Shown here: positions 44,197-54,409 of the stretch, piece by piece | Layout of the letters: each line of letters starts with the position of its first letter | Position numbering within the stretch: position 1 is the first letter of the stretch | Position numbers and translations under genes: made by a program | Source: Paracoccaceae bacterium | GTDB lineage: Bacteria; Pseudomonadota; Alphaproteobacteria; Rhodobacterales; Rhodobacteraceae | Reading direction: 5' to 3' | Length of the DNA: 64,000 bases | Assembly (NCBI GenBank): GCA_016938875.1 | Contig: JAFGTV010000038.1 | Coordinates: forward strand, 93,770-157,769 | Notes under the pieces: model-generated | Told to the model about the DNA's origin: nothing | Database searches by the model: none | What the model saw: the letters and a program-made list of their open reading frames with translations, nothing else

Positions 44197-44808
44197 CTAA
44201 AGCACCCCGCGCACACGCGCCAGGGCCGCGGCCTGGGATGCGTTTTGCGCGCCCAGCTTGCGCTTGGCGCTGGCCAGCCGCGCCTTTACGGCACTCATCG
44301 AGATGTCCAGCGCGCTCGATATCTCCCTCAGCCGCATGCCGTTGGCCTGAAGGCGCAGCGCCTCTGTCTCGGCGCGGGTCAGATTGCGCGGCAGCCCGTC
44401 GGTTTCGTGCAGCCCGGTGAGTGTGCTCAACAACTCGTCCAGCTCGTCGCGGGCAAAGGCCCGGTCGGCCCGGGCGAACAGGCCGTAACTGCGTCTGCCC
44501 TGGGCGTCGGGGGTGGCGATGCTGGCCACTGCGCCATAGCTCAGCCCATGGCGCCGGGCGTGGCGCAGAACCCCGCGCGGGTCGTCCTGGGCCAGCCGGT
44601 CCCAGGTCACTATGCCACTGTTGGCATAGACCCATCGCAGCATCGGGTCATGCACCACCAGCCCCTTGACGGTGTAATACTCGACCCACGGGTCGGGCAG
44701 GCGGTTCAACTCTTCTGCCGGATAGGAAAAGCCCACGCGCAGCGCGACGTAGCAGCCCGCGGGCGCGATTTCCATCAACCGATTGGCCTGGTCGTTCAAA
44801 TGGGACAT
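44197..44808 (-). CDS. LuxR-family transcriptional regulator (autoinducer-binding domain + GerE HTH)
   Basis: 203 aa from ATG 44808. W-x3-Y-x8-DP ligand-pocket pattern (WVEYYTVKGLVVHDP) and C-terminal HTH LTRAETEALRLQANGMRLREISSALDISMSAVKARL. Confidence 0.85.
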   Translation of the reverse strand: MSHLNDQANRLMEIAPAGCYVALRVGFSYPAEELNRLPDPWVEYYTVKGLVVHDPMLRWVYANSGIVTWDRLAQDDPRGVLRHARRHGLSYGAVASIATPDAQGRRSYGLFARADRAFARDELDELLSTLTGLHETDGLPRNLTRAETEALRLQANGMRLREISSALDISMSAVKARLASAKRKLGAQNASQAAALARVRGVL

Positions 44809-44924
44809 GGACCCGGGCTTGCGCTCCCGTCTTTCAATTAGCTGCGCAGTATGTATAGCTGGCCGTCTTATCAGTGGGCGCGGTCCGGCGCCACTCACCT
44901 TTTGTTTGGTAAACGTGTTGCGTC

Positions 44925-45404
44925 ATGGACAGGGTCAAAAAGGTCTCGGAACTGCTGAATGCCCTCGGTGAGATGTGCGATACGGGATATGCATTGGCGA
45001 TCCACATGCGGTTCATGCGCCCGGTGCTGCTTTATGAATGCTATTGCCGGGAATGGAGCGATTTTTACGATCGCAACGGGTTGATGCTGAACGATCCCGT
45101 CGTCCATTGGGGGCTGGCGCATAACGGGGTGCGTTTGTGGGATGACCCGACGCTGAACGACCCGCTGGGCGTGGTGCGGCGTGCCCATGACCATGGGCTG
45201 CACAACGGGGTGGCGATTTCCACCGGAACGTCTGCCTCGCGCACGATCACCGGCATGACCCGGTCCTGGGGGCCCTTTTCCGCGCCCGAGATCGAGCGGA
45301 TGACATGTATCGTGGAAACCCTGCACCAGATCACCGACGGGCTGGGCCCGCTCGACAGCCCCGAGATGACACAGCTGCGCGCCCTGGGCCCGCGCCCGCG
45401 ATAG
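44925..45404 (+). CDS. autoinducer-binding-domain-only LuxR paralogue (no HTH)
   Basis: 159 aa, clearly paralogous to the N-domain of the divergent LuxR gene (WSDFYDRNGLMLNDP, RRAHDHGLHNGVAIS). It ends before any DNA-binding domain. Confidence 0.7.
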   Translation: MDRVKKVSELLNALGEMCDTGYALAIHMRFMRPVLLYECYCREWSDFYDRNGLMLNDPVVHWGLAHNGVRLWDDPTLNDPLGVVRRAHDHGLHNGVAISTGTSASRTITGMTRSWGPFSAPEIERMTCIVETLHQITDGLGPLDSPEMTQLRALGPRPR

Positions 45405-45495
45405 GCACGGGTCAGACCCCCGACACGCCGTCATGGAACAGTCGCGGCCCGCGTGCTAGATCGGGTCCGACTGCCCCGTGCACAGGAGCCACAGG

Positions 45496-46899
45496 ATGAA
45501 GATCGACGAAAACCGCGTCTTCGACGAGATCGCCGTCGGTGACAGCGCCGAGATCGTGCGCATCTGCACCGAGGACGATTTTTACATCTACGCAACCTCC
45601 TCGGGCAATCACAACCCGTTGCACCTGGCGCGGTATGATGGCGACGGCGATGGCCAGGCCGAAACGGTGGCCCCGGCGATGTGGGTTGGCTCGTTGATTT
45701 CGGCGGTGATCGGCAACCTGCTGCCGGGGGCAGGGACGATGTATCGCGCGCAAGAGTTCCGCTTTCTGGCCCGCGCCCGCGCCGGGGACGAACTGGTCGC
45801 CCGGGTGAGCGTTACCGCGAAAACCCCGCCTGCCGGGCTGACCATGGCCACCGAGGTGACGCGCAAATCCGACGGCGCGGTGATCCTGACCGGCGAGGCC
45901 CAGGTCGATGCGCCGCCATGCAAACTGGTGTTCGAGGATCTGGATATCCCCGGCCTGCTGATCGAGCGTCACCGCCATTTCGACGCGCTGATCGCCGCGG
46001 CCGGGCATCTGCCGCCGCTGCCCACCGCCGTGGTCTGCCCCGAAGAGCCGCGCGCGCTGGGCGGGGCGCTGCTGGCCGCGCGTCATACGATCATCGCGCC
46101 GATCCTGGTGGGCGATCCCGCCGGCATCACGGCCACGGCGCGCGAACTGGGCATGTCGCTGGCCGGGATCGAGATCGTCGAGGCATCCGATCATGCCTCG
46201 GCCGCTACCCTGGCCGTCGATCTGGTCAGCCAGGGCCGCGCAAGTGCCCTGATGAAGGGGCATCTGCACACCGATGTCCTGCTCAAGGCCGCCCTGCGCA
46301 AAGAGGCCGGGCTGCGCACCGGGCGCCGGTTCACCCATGTCTTCGTGATGGATGTGCCCGGTGTGCCCCATCCGCTGCTTGTGACCGACGCGGCGATCAA
46401 CATCGCGCCCGATCTGCGCACCAAGATGGACATCGTGCAAAACGCCATCGACCTGGCCCGCTCGATCGGAATCGAGGTGCCCAAGGTGGGGGTCTTGTCG
46501 GCGGTCGAGACGGTGAACCCCGACATTCCCTCGTCGCTCGATGCCGCGCTCTTGTCCAAGATGGCCGAGCGCGGGCAGATCACCGGCGGGATCGTCGACG
46601 GCCCGTTGGCGATGGACAACGCGGTGGACCTGTCGGCCGCGCGCACCAAGGGGATCAAATCCCAGGTCGCGGGGCTGGCCGAGGTTCTGGTGGTGCCAAA
46701 TATCGACGCGGGCAACATGCTGGCCAAGCAGTTGGCCTATATCTCTCACGCCGAGGGGGCGGGGGTGGTAATGGGCGCACGGGTGCCGATCATCCTCAAC
46801 TCGCGGGCCGATGACGACAAGGCGCGGCTGGCCTCCTGCGCGGTGGCGGCGCTGCACAATGCGCGCATCACCGGCCAGACGACCGGCACGGGGGGCTGA
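45496..46899 (+). CDS. pta: bifunctional MaoC-like hydratase / phosphate acetyl(butyryl)transferase
   Basis: 467 aa from ATG 45496 (AGGAG RBS). N-terminal hot-dog domain (SGNHNPLHL), then a PTA_PTB domain (VVCPEEPRALGGAL ... VVPNIDAGNMLAK). Confidence 0.85.
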   Translation: MKIDENRVFDEIAVGDSAEIVRICTEDDFYIYATSSGNHNPLHLARYDGDGDGQAETVAPAMWVGSLISAVIGNLLPGAGTMYRAQEFRFLARARAGDELVARVSVTAKTPPAGLTMATEVTRKSDGAVILTGEAQVDAPPCKLVFEDLDIPGLLIERHRHFDALIAAAGHLPPLPTAVVCPEEPRALGGALLAARHTIIAPILVGDPAGITATARELGMSLAGIEIVEASDHASAATLAVDLVSQGRASALMKGHLHTDVLLKAALRKEAGLRTGRRFTHVFVMDVPGVPHPLLVTDAAINIAPDLRTKMDIVQNAIDLARSIGIEVPKVGVLSAVETVNPDIPSSLDAALLSKMAERGQITGGIVDGPLAMDNAVDLSAARTKGIKSQVAGLAEVLVVPNIDAGNMLAKQLAYISHAEGAGVVMGARVPIILNSRADDDKARLASCAVAALHNARITGQTTGTGG

Positions 46900-46903
46900 T
46901 CCG

Positions 46904-48097
46904 ATGCCCCACGCGCTGACTCTCAACGCCGGATCGTCCTCGCTTAAATTCGGCTTTTTCGAGTTGGGGTCGGACGGCACCCAGGATCCTGACCCCCGGA
47001 TTGTCGGCCTGATCGAGCGGATCGGCGGCCAGCCGCACCTGCGTGCCACCCGCGACGACGGCACGGTGATCTCTGACGCGCCCCTGCCGCCCGAGGCCGC
47101 CGCCGATCACGCCACCGCGCTGGAGCGCATGCTGGAGCTGTTGCGCGCCGAGCGCCCCCATGCGCAAATCGCCGCCGTTGGCCACCGGGTGGTGCATGGC
47201 GGCCCCGATTTCGCGGCCCCCGTGGCGATCGACGCCGCGGTGCTGGACCGGCTGACCGCGTTCGAGCCGCTGGCGCCGCTGCATCAGCCCTTTAACCTGG
47301 CCGGGGTGCGCGCCGCGCTGGCGGCGTTCCCGCAGGCGGTGCAGGTGGCCTGTTTCGACACCGCCTTTCATCGCCATCACCCGTGGGTCAACGATACCTT
47401 TGCCCTGCCGCGCAGCTATTACGACCAGGGGGTGCGGCGCTATGGGTTCCACGGGCTGAGTTATGAGTATATCGCCGGCCGGCTGGCCGAGATCGCGCCG
47501 CATCTGCACGCCGGTCGGGTGATCGTGGCGCATCTGGGCAACGGGGCGTCGATGTGTGGGATGATCGCGGGGCGTTCGATCGCCTCGACCATGGGGTTCT
47601 CGGCGTTGGACGGGCTGCCGATGGGCACCCGCTCGGGCCAGCTTGACCCCGGCGTGGTGCTCTACCTGATGCAGCACGAGGGGATGGGCGCCGACGAGAT
47701 CGCCGATCTGCTTTACAAACGCTCGGGCCTTTTGGGACTGTCGGGCCTGTCCAATGACATGCGCAAGCTGGAAGAGGCCGACACCGACGCCGCGCGCGAG
47801 GCGATCGCCTATTTCGTCTTTCGCATCCGGCGCGAGGTCGGCGGGCTGGCCGCCGCGCTGGGGGGGCTCGATGCGCTGGTGTTCTGCGGCGGCATCGGCG
47901 AAAACTCGGCCCCGCTGCGCCAGAAGGTCTGCGAGGGCATGGGCTGGATCGGGATGGAACTGGACGAGGCGCGCAACCTGCGCGCCGAGACGCGGATCAG
48001 CACCGATCTCAGCCGGGTGCGGGTGCTGGTGATCCCCACCGACGAGGAAATCGTGATCGCCCGCGCCGCGCGTGACATGCTGAACCAGCGGCCCTAG
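46904..48097 (+). CDS. ackA: acetate kinase
   Basis: 397 aa. Motifs LTLNAGSSSLKF, GHRVVHGG and AHLGNGASMC. Confidence 0.95.
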   Translation: MPHALTLNAGSSSLKFGFFELGSDGTQDPDPRIVGLIERIGGQPHLRATRDDGTVISDAPLPPEAAADHATALERMLELLRAERPHAQIAAVGHRVVHGGPDFAAPVAIDAAVLDRLTAFEPLAPLHQPFNLAGVRAALAAFPQAVQVACFDTAFHRHHPWVNDTFALPRSYYDQGVRRYGFHGLSYEYIAGRLAEIAPHLHAGRVIVAHLGNGASMCGMIAGRSIASTMGFSALDGLPMGTRSGQLDPGVVLYLMQHEGMGADEIADLLYKRSGLLGLSGLSNDMRKLEEADTDAAREAIAYFVFRIRREVGGLAAALGGLDALVFCGGIGENSAPLRQKVCEGMGWIGMELDEARNLRAETRISTDLSRVRVLVIPTDEEIVIARAARDMLNQRP

Positions 48098-48274
48098 CAG
48101 GCGGGACCGCCCGCGCACGGTTCGGGTGCTCGCTGACCCCGCCTCGCTTCTCCGGGCACTCGGCACCTTTTGCCGGGTCACGAATGCCTGCGACGCCTTG
48201 ACACTGATCAACGCGCGCGCGGCGGTGCGCGGCTATGCTGTCCGGGTGACAAGGCACGACTGGGGAGGAGCGCC

Positions 48275-50647
48275 ATGGTCCGCCATGTTCTTTGGTTCGA
48301 GGATTTGCGCAGGGGCGATGTCGCCACGGTGGGCGGCAAGAACGCCTCGCTGGGCGAAATGGTCGCGACGCTGGCAGGGCAGGGCATCAAGGTGCCCGGC
48401 GGCTTTGCCACCACGGCGGATGCGTTTCGCGCCTATATCACCCATAACAACCTGGATGCGCGCATCGCCGACACCCTCGCCGCACTAGAGGGGCACAGGA
48501 TCGACCTGGCCAAGGCCGGGGCCGCGATCCGCGCGATGATCCGCGAGGGGCACTGGCCACAGGATATCCTGGCCCAGATCAACGCCGCCTATGCCCAGCT
48601 GTGCACCCGCGAAGGGGTCGCGGATGTGCCGGTCGCCGTGCGCTCCTCTGCCACGGCCGAGGATCTGCCGGATGCCAGTTTCGCGGGTCAGCAGGAAACC
48701 TATCTGAACGTGCGCGGCGCCGAGGCCCTGCTGGCGGCGTGTCGGCGGTGCTATGCGTCGCTCTTTACCGACCGGGCGATCAGCTATCGCCGGCTCAAGG
48801 GGTTTGACCACGACAAGATCGCGCTTTCGATCGGTGTGCAACGCATGGTGCGGGCCGATACCGGCGGGTCGGGGGTGATGTTCTCGCTCGATACCGAAAC
48901 CGGCTATCCCGACATGGTGCTGATCAACGCGGCCTGGGGGCTGGGCGAAAACGTCGTGCAGGGGGCGGTGAACCCCGATGAATACCAGGTCTACAAACCT
49001 TTCCTCGACCGCCCCGGCCTGACGCCGATCCTGGAAAAGACCCTGGGCGCCAAGGCCAAGAAGATGATCTATGGCCGCACGGGGGGCGACACCCGCAACG
49101 TGCCCACGTCCAAGGCCGAGCGGGCGCGGTTCGTGCTGTCAGACCCCGAGATCCTGGAATTGGCCCGCATGGCCGCCACGATCGAGCGCCATTACGGCCA
49201 GCCGATGGACATGGAATGGGCGCGCGACGGTGATACGGGCGAGCTTTTCATCGTGCAGGCGCGGCCCGAGACGGTGCAATCGCGCCTCGATGCCGGGGCG
49301 TTTCGCAGCTATGCGGTCGGCCAGCATGGCAAGGTTCTGCTCAGCGGGCTGTCGGTGGGCGGCGCGGTGGCCACCGGCCCGGTCTGCGTGATCGAGGATG
49401 CGCGCGACATCGACCGTTTCGTGGATGGCGCGATCCTGGTGACCTCGATCACCGATCCAGACTGGGTGCCGATCATGAAACGCGCCGCTGCGATCATCAC
49501 GGATCACGGCGGGCGCACCAGCCATGCGGCCATCGTCAGCCGCGAACTGGGCCTGCCCGCTATCGTCGGCACCGGCACCGCCACCCACGTGCTGCACGAC
49601 GACCAGGAGGTGACGGTTTCCTGCGCCGAGGGCGAAACCGGTTTCATCTATGAAGGCACCGCCGAATTCTCGGTTCAGGATATCGCGCTGTCCGAAATCC
49701 CCCAGACCCGGACGCGGGTGATGCTGAACATGGCCAACCCCGCGGCCGCGGTGCGCTGGTGGCGTCTGCCCGCGGGCGGGGTGGGCCTGGCGCGGATGGA
49801 GTTCGTGATCAACAACGCGATCAAGGCCCATCCGATGGCCCTGATCCATCCTGAATGCCTGGATGACAAGACCCGCGAAAAGATCGACGCCCTGACCTTG
49901 GGATATGACGACAAAAAGCTGTTTTTCATTGAAAAACTGGCAATGGGCCTGTCGCGTATCGCCGCCGTGTCCTATCCCGATCCGGTGATCGTGCGGATGA
50001 GCGATTTCAAGACCAACGAATATGCCGATCTGTTGGGCGGGCGCGGGTTCGAGCCGCATGAAGAAAACCCGATGATCGGGTTTCGCGGGGCCTCGCGCTA
50101 TTACTCTGACGCCTACGCGCCGGGGTTCGCCTTGGAATGCGCGGCGATAAAGCGGCTGCGCGAAGAGATGGGGTTCGACAACGTCATCGTCATGATCCCC
50201 TTCTGCCGCACACCCCAAGAGGCCGACCGGGTACTTGAGGTCATGGCCGCAAACGGTTTGAAACGCGGGGAAAATGGGCTTGAGGTCTATGTGATGTGCG
50301 AGGTGCCCTCGAACGTCATCCTGGCCGAGGAATTCGCCGGGCGGTTCGACGGGTTTTCCATCGGATCGAACGATCTGACGCAATTGACCCTGGGGGTGGA
50401 TCGCGATTCCGGCGAGTTGGCCGATCTGTTCGACGAACGCAACGCCGCCGTGCAGTGGATGATCAAAACGGTGATCGAGCGCGCCCATGCGGTCGGGTCC
50501 AAGGTGGGGTTCTGCGGGCAGGCGCCCAGCAACGATCCCGACTTTGCCCGGTTGCTGGTGGGCTATGGCATCGACACGATTTCCGTCACCCCCGACAGTT
50601 TCCTGGCCGTCAAACGCAACGTGGCCGAGGCCGAAAAGACGCCCTGA
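48275..50647 (+). CDS. ppsA: phosphoenolpyruvate synthase (pyruvate, water dikinase)
   Basis: 790 aa from ATG 48275 (GGAGGAG RBS). Motifs VGGKNASLGEM, phospho-His loop GGRTSHAAIVSRELGLPAIVG and SIGSNDLTQL. Confidence 0.95.
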   Translation: MVRHVLWFEDLRRGDVATVGGKNASLGEMVATLAGQGIKVPGGFATTADAFRAYITHNNLDARIADTLAALEGHRIDLAKAGAAIRAMIREGHWPQDILAQINAAYAQLCTREGVADVPVAVRSSATAEDLPDASFAGQQETYLNVRGAEALLAACRRCYASLFTDRAISYRRLKGFDHDKIALSIGVQRMVRADTGGSGVMFSLDTETGYPDMVLINAAWGLGENVVQGAVNPDEYQVYKPFLDRPGLTPILEKTLGAKAKKMIYGRTGGDTRNVPTSKAERARFVLSDPEILELARMAATIERHYGQPMDMEWARDGDTGELFIVQARPETVQSRLDAGAFRSYAVGQHGKVLLSGLSVGGAVATGPVCVIEDARDIDRFVDGAILVTSITDPDWVPIMKRAAAIITDHGGRTSHAAIVSRELGLPAIVGTGTATHVLHDDQEVTVSCAEGETGFIYEGTAEFSVQDIALSEIPQTRTRVMLNMANPAAAVRWWRLPAGGVGLARMEFVINNAIKAHPMALIHPECLDDKTREKIDALTLGYDDKKLFFIEKLAMGLSRIAAVSYPDPVIVRMSDFKTNEYADLLGGRGFEPHEENPMIGFRGASRYYSDAYAPGFALECAAIKRLREEMGFDNVIVMIPFCRTPQEADRVLEVMAANGLKRGENGLEVYVMCEVPSNVILAEEFAGRFDGFSIGSNDLTQLTLGVDRDSGELADLFDERNAAVQWMIKTVIERAHAVGSKVGFCGQAPSNDPDFARLLVGYGIDTISVTPDSFLAVKRNVAEAEKTP

Positions 50648-50674
50648 CCACCGCGATCATGGAAGGCAAGAGAG

Positions 50675-52414
50675 ATGGCATTCGATCCCATCATCAAACC
50701 TGAAGATGTCCGTGCAAGTGCCTCGCTTACAAAAGAAATACGTGCGAAATTTACCTGGGATGACGCGCGCGCGATGCTGGACGGGCTGCCCGGCGGCAAG
50801 CTGAACATCGCGCATGAGGCGCTGGATCGCCACGTCGCCGCCGGGCAAGGCGACGCGCCCGCGATGACCTGGCTGGGCAAGGATGGCACCCGCCGCGATC
50901 TGAGCTATGGCGACCTGACCGGCCAGACCGCGCGTTTTGCCAATGTGCTGCGGGCGCATGGGCTGGCGGTGGGTGACCGTCTGTTCGGGCTGATGGGTCG
51001 CGAGGTCGATCTTTACGTGGCCGCGCTGGGCACGCTCAAGGCGGAGCTGACCTTTTCGCCGCTGTTTTCCGCCTTTGGGCCGGACCCGATCCGCACCCGG
51101 ATGGAAATCGGCGGGGCCAACGCGCTGATCACCACCGCGTCGATCTATACCCGCAAGATTGCCGCCTGGCGGCACGAGCTGCCCTCGTTGAAACTGGTGC
51201 TGATTGTCGGCGACGCGGCACCCGAGGGCTGCGTGGCGCTGGGTCCGGCGATGGCCGCTGCCTCGGACATGTTCGCGCCGGTGCCGATGGACCCAGAGGA
51301 TGCCGCGCTGATCCATTTCACATCCGGCACCACCGGGCGGCCAAAGGGGGCGGTGCATGTCCACGGGGCGGTCGCCTATCACGTGATGACCGGGCGCTAT
51401 GCGCTCGAAATGCGGGCGGGCACACGCTATTGGTGCACCGCCGATCCGGGTTGGGTAACGGGCACATCCTATGGGATCATCGCGCCCCTGGCGAACCGGG
51501 TTCACATGCTGGTGGACGAGGCGGAGTTCGACCTGGACCGCTGGTACGGCACCCTTCAGGCCGAGCGGATCGAGGTCTGGTATACCGCCCCCACCGCGAT
51601 CCGCATGATGATGCGCGCGGGCGAGTACGCCGCCGCGCCCTATGACGTGTCGTCGCTGCGGTTCCTGGCCAGCGTGGGCGAGCCGCTGAATCCCGAGGCC
51701 GTCGTGTGGGGCAACCGCGTCTTTGGGCGCCCGTTCCATGACAACTGGTGGCGGACAGAAACCGGCGGCATCGTGATCGCCAATACCCAAGGAATGGACA
51801 TCAAGCCCGGCTCGATGGGCAAGCCGCTGCCGGGGCAGGTGGCCGGCATCGTCGAGCGCGGGGACGCGGGCCTGCGCGAACTGGGCCAGGGGCAGGTGGG
51901 CGAATTGGCCCTGCGTCCCGGCTGGCCCTCGATGATGCGCGCCTATCTGCACGAAGAGGCGCGCTATGCGAAATGCTTTGTCGATGGTTGGTATCTGACC
52001 GGCGATCTGGCGATGCGCGACGCGGACGGGTATTTCTGGTTCGTGGGCCGGGCCGATGACCTGATCAAGACCTCGGGCCACCTGATCGGCCCGTTCGAGG
52101 TCGAAAGCGCGCTGATCGAGCATGAGGCGGTGGCCGAGGCCGGCGTCATCGGCCTGCCAGACGAGACGGCAGGCGAGGTCGTGCGCGCCTATGTCAGCCT
52201 GAACCCCGGCTTTGAACCCTCTGACGATCTTGAGAAATCCATCCGTGGCCTTGCGCGTAAACGGTTGGGGGCCGCGGTCGCCCCGCGCGAGGTTCTGTTT
52301 CGCAAGACCCTGCCCAAGACGCGGTCGGGCAAGATCATGCGCCGCCTGCTCAAGGCGCGCGCTTTGGGTCTGCCCGAGGGCGATATTTCCACGTTGGAGA
52401 GCGACGAGTCATGA
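50675..52414 (+). CDS. AMP-forming acyl/acetyl-CoA ligase-like enzyme (short AcsA type)
   Basis: 579 aa. Motifs [41 protein letters not shown] and [15 protein letters not shown] overlap with the next gene. Confidence 0.85.
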   Translation: MAFDPIIKPEDVRASASLTKEIRAKFTWDDARAMLDGLPGGKLNIAHEALDRHVAAGQGDAPAMTWLGKDGTRRDLSYGDLTGQTARFANVLRAHGLAVGDRLFGLMGREVDLYVAALGTLKAELTFSPLFSAFGPDPIRTRMEIGGANALITTASIYTRKIAAWRHELPSLKLVLIVGDAAPEGCVALGPAMAAASDMFAPVPMDPEDAALIHFTSGTTGRPKGAVHVHGAVAYHVMTGRYALEMRAGTRYWCTADPGWVTGTSYGIIAPLANRVHMLVDEAEFDLDRWYGTLQAERIEVWYTAPTAIRMMMRAGEYAAAPYDVSSLRFLASVGEPLNPEAVVWGNRVFGRPFHDNWWRTETGGIVIANTQGMDIKPGSMGKPLPGQVAGIVERGDAGLRELGQGQVGELALRPGWPSMMRAYLHEEARYAKCFVDGWYLTGDLAMRDADGYFWFVGRADDLIKTSGHLIGPFEVESALIEHEAVAEAGVIGLPDETAGEVVRAYVSLNPGFEPSDDLEKSIRGLARKRLGAAVAPREVLFRKTLPKTRSGKIMRRLLKARALGLPEGDISTLESDES

Positions 52415-54405
52415 CCGCAGACAAACCCCACCTGACCCGCGAACACGTTCTGGCCCTGCTGCGCCAGATGATCCGCATCCGCCATTTCGAGGATCGCTGC
52501 GCCGAGGCCTATACCCAGCAGAAAATCCGTGGATTCCTGCATCTTTACGATGGCGAAGAGGCGATCGCGGCGGGTGTGATCCCGGTGCTGGGGCCGGGCG
52601 ACCGGATCGTGGCGACCTACCGCGAACATGGCCACGCGCTGGCGCGCGGTGTGCCGATGAATGCGGTCATGGCCGAGATGTTCGGCAAGGCCACCGGCAG
52701 TTCCGGCGGGCGGGGCGGGTCGATGCATATCTTCGACGTGGAACACAATTTCTATGGCGGCAACGCCATTGTCGGGGGCGGTCTGCCACTGGCCGTGGGG
52801 CTGGCGCTGGCCGACCGGATGCAGGGCGCGCCCCATGTCACGACCTGTTTTTTCGGCGAGGGCGCGGTGGCCGAGGGCGAGTTTCATGAGGCGATGAACC
52901 TGGCCCAGCTTTGGGGCCTTCCGGTGCTTTTCGTGTGCGAAAACAACGGCTACGCCATGGGCTCTGCGATCGCCCGGACCGAGGCGCAGACCGAACTGAC
53001 CGCCAAGGCCGAAAGCTATGGCATGCAGGCGCATCAGGTCGACGGGATGGACGTGATCGCCGTCGAGGCCGCCACCCGCCACGCGCTGTCGCGCATCCGC
53101 GAGACCGGCAAGCCGGTGTTCCTGGAGGCCAAGACCTATCGGTTCCGGGCGCATTCGATGTTCGACGCCCAACTTTACCGCGACAAGGACGAGGTCGCCG
53201 AATGGCGCAAGAAGGGCCCCATCGTGCGGTTCCAGAGCTGGCTGTTGGACAATGCGCTGGTCCATGCCGATGACGTGACGACGATCGAGCGCGAGGTCGA
53301 TGCCGAAATTGATGCCGCCATCGCCTTTGCCGAGGCCAGCGCCTGGGAACCCGTGGACACCCTGACCCGACATGTCATGGCCCAGGACCGTCCGCCGCCG
53401 CCGCCCGCGTCCGAACCCTCGGGCGAGGCTATCACGATGACCTACCGCGAGGCGGTCAAGCAGGGCATCCGCGATGCGCTGGCCCGCGACGATCGCGTGT
53501 TCCTGATGGGCGAGGATGTCGGGGCCTATGGCGGCTGCTATGCGGTGTCCAAGGGGCTGATGGATGAATTCGGCGCGGACCGTATCCGCGACACGCCGCT
53601 GTCGGAATCGGGCTTTACCGGCGCGGGCATCGGGGCGGCGGTGGCCGGGATGCGCCCGATCGTCGAGGTGATGACGGTGAATTTCAGCCTGCTGGCGCTG
53701 GATCAGATCCTCAACACCGCCGCCACCCTGCGCCACATGTCGGGCGGGCAGGTCGGCTGTCCGGTGGTGATCCGCATGGCCACCGGCGCGGGCAAGCAAC
53801 TGGCCGCCCAGCATTCCCACAGCCTGGAGGGGTGGTTCGCCCATATCCCCGGCCTGCGCGTTCTGGCGCCCGCCACCCATGAGGATGCGCGCGGGATGCT
53901 GTGGACCGCGTTGCAGGATCCCGACCCGGTGCTGATCTTTGAAAACGTCATGCTCTATAACCGCGAGGACCGGATCGACACCGCCGCCGGGCCGGTTCAG
54001 ATCGACCGCGCCGCGATCCGCAGGCCGGGCAAGGATGTCAGCCTGATCACCTATGGCGGCTCGCTGTGGAAGGTGCTGGAGGCCGCGGACGCCTTGGCCG
54101 CCGAGGGCATCGAGGCCGAGGTGATCGACCTGCGCACCTTGCGCCCGCTGGATCAGGACACCATCGCCCAAAGTGTCAACCGCACGCGCCGCGCCGTGGT
54201 GGTGGACGAGGGGTGGCGCTCGGGCTCGCTGGCCGCCGAGGTAATGGCCCGGATCACCGAATGCTGCTTCTGGTCGCTCGATGCGCCGCTGGCCCGGGTA
54301 TGCGCCGCCGAGGTGCCGATCCCCTATCCATCGCATCTCGAAGAGGCGGCGATCCCCCAGGTTCCCGCCATCGTCGCGGCGGCGAAACAGACGCTGGGGA
54401 GATAG
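52411..54405 (+). CDS. fused alpha/beta E1 component of a 2-oxoacid (pyruvate/acetoin-type) dehydrogenase
   Basis: 664 aa. Alpha part has the TPP motif [19 protein letters not shown]...ENNGYAMG. The beta part begins [13 protein letters not shown]...FLMGEDVG. Confidence 0.9.
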   Translation: MTADKPHLTREHVLALLRQMIRIRHFEDRCAEAYTQQKIRGFLHLYDGEEAIAAGVIPVLGPGDRIVATYREHGHALARGVPMNAVMAEMFGKATGSSGGRGGSMHIFDVEHNFYGGNAIVGGGLPLAVGLALADRMQGAPHVTTCFFGEGAVAEGEFHEAMNLAQLWGLPVLFVCENNGYAMGSAIARTEAQTELTAKAESYGMQAHQVDGMDVIAVEAATRHALSRIRETGKPVFLEAKTYRFRAHSMFDAQLYRDKDEVAEWRKKGPIVRFQSWLLDNALVHADDVTTIEREVDAEIDAAIAFAEASAWEPVDTLTRHVMAQDRPPPPPASEPSGEAITMTYREAVKQGIRDALARDDRVFLMGEDVGAYGGCYAVSKGLMDEFGADRIRDTPLSESGFTGAGIGAAVAGMRPIVEVMTVNFSLLALDQILNTAATLRHMSGGQVGCPVVIRMATGAGKQLAAQHSHSLEGWFAHIPGLRVLAPATHEDARGMLWTALQDPDPVLIFENVMLYNREDRIDTAAGPVQIDRAAIRRPGKDVSLITYGGSLWKVLEAADALAAEGIEAEVIDLRTLRPLDQDTIAQSVNRTRRAVVVDEGWRSGSLAAEVMARITECCFWSLDAPLARVCAAEVPIPYPSHLEEAAIPQVPAIVAAAKQTLGR

Positions 54406-54409
54406 CACG

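Noticed and set aside
48198-48239. TTGACA ... TATGCT upstream of ppsA as a sigma-70 promoter
   Set aside because: The two hexamers are separated by 30 nt, far from the 16-18 nt spacing needed, so the pairing is coincidental.
45412-52123. Series of long minus-strand ORFs (45412..47064, 46868..48211, 49139..50488, 50657..52123)
   Set aside because: Each lies opposite a plus-strand gene with strong identity signals (Pta, AckA, PpsA, AMP-ligase). None has a start context or domain signature.
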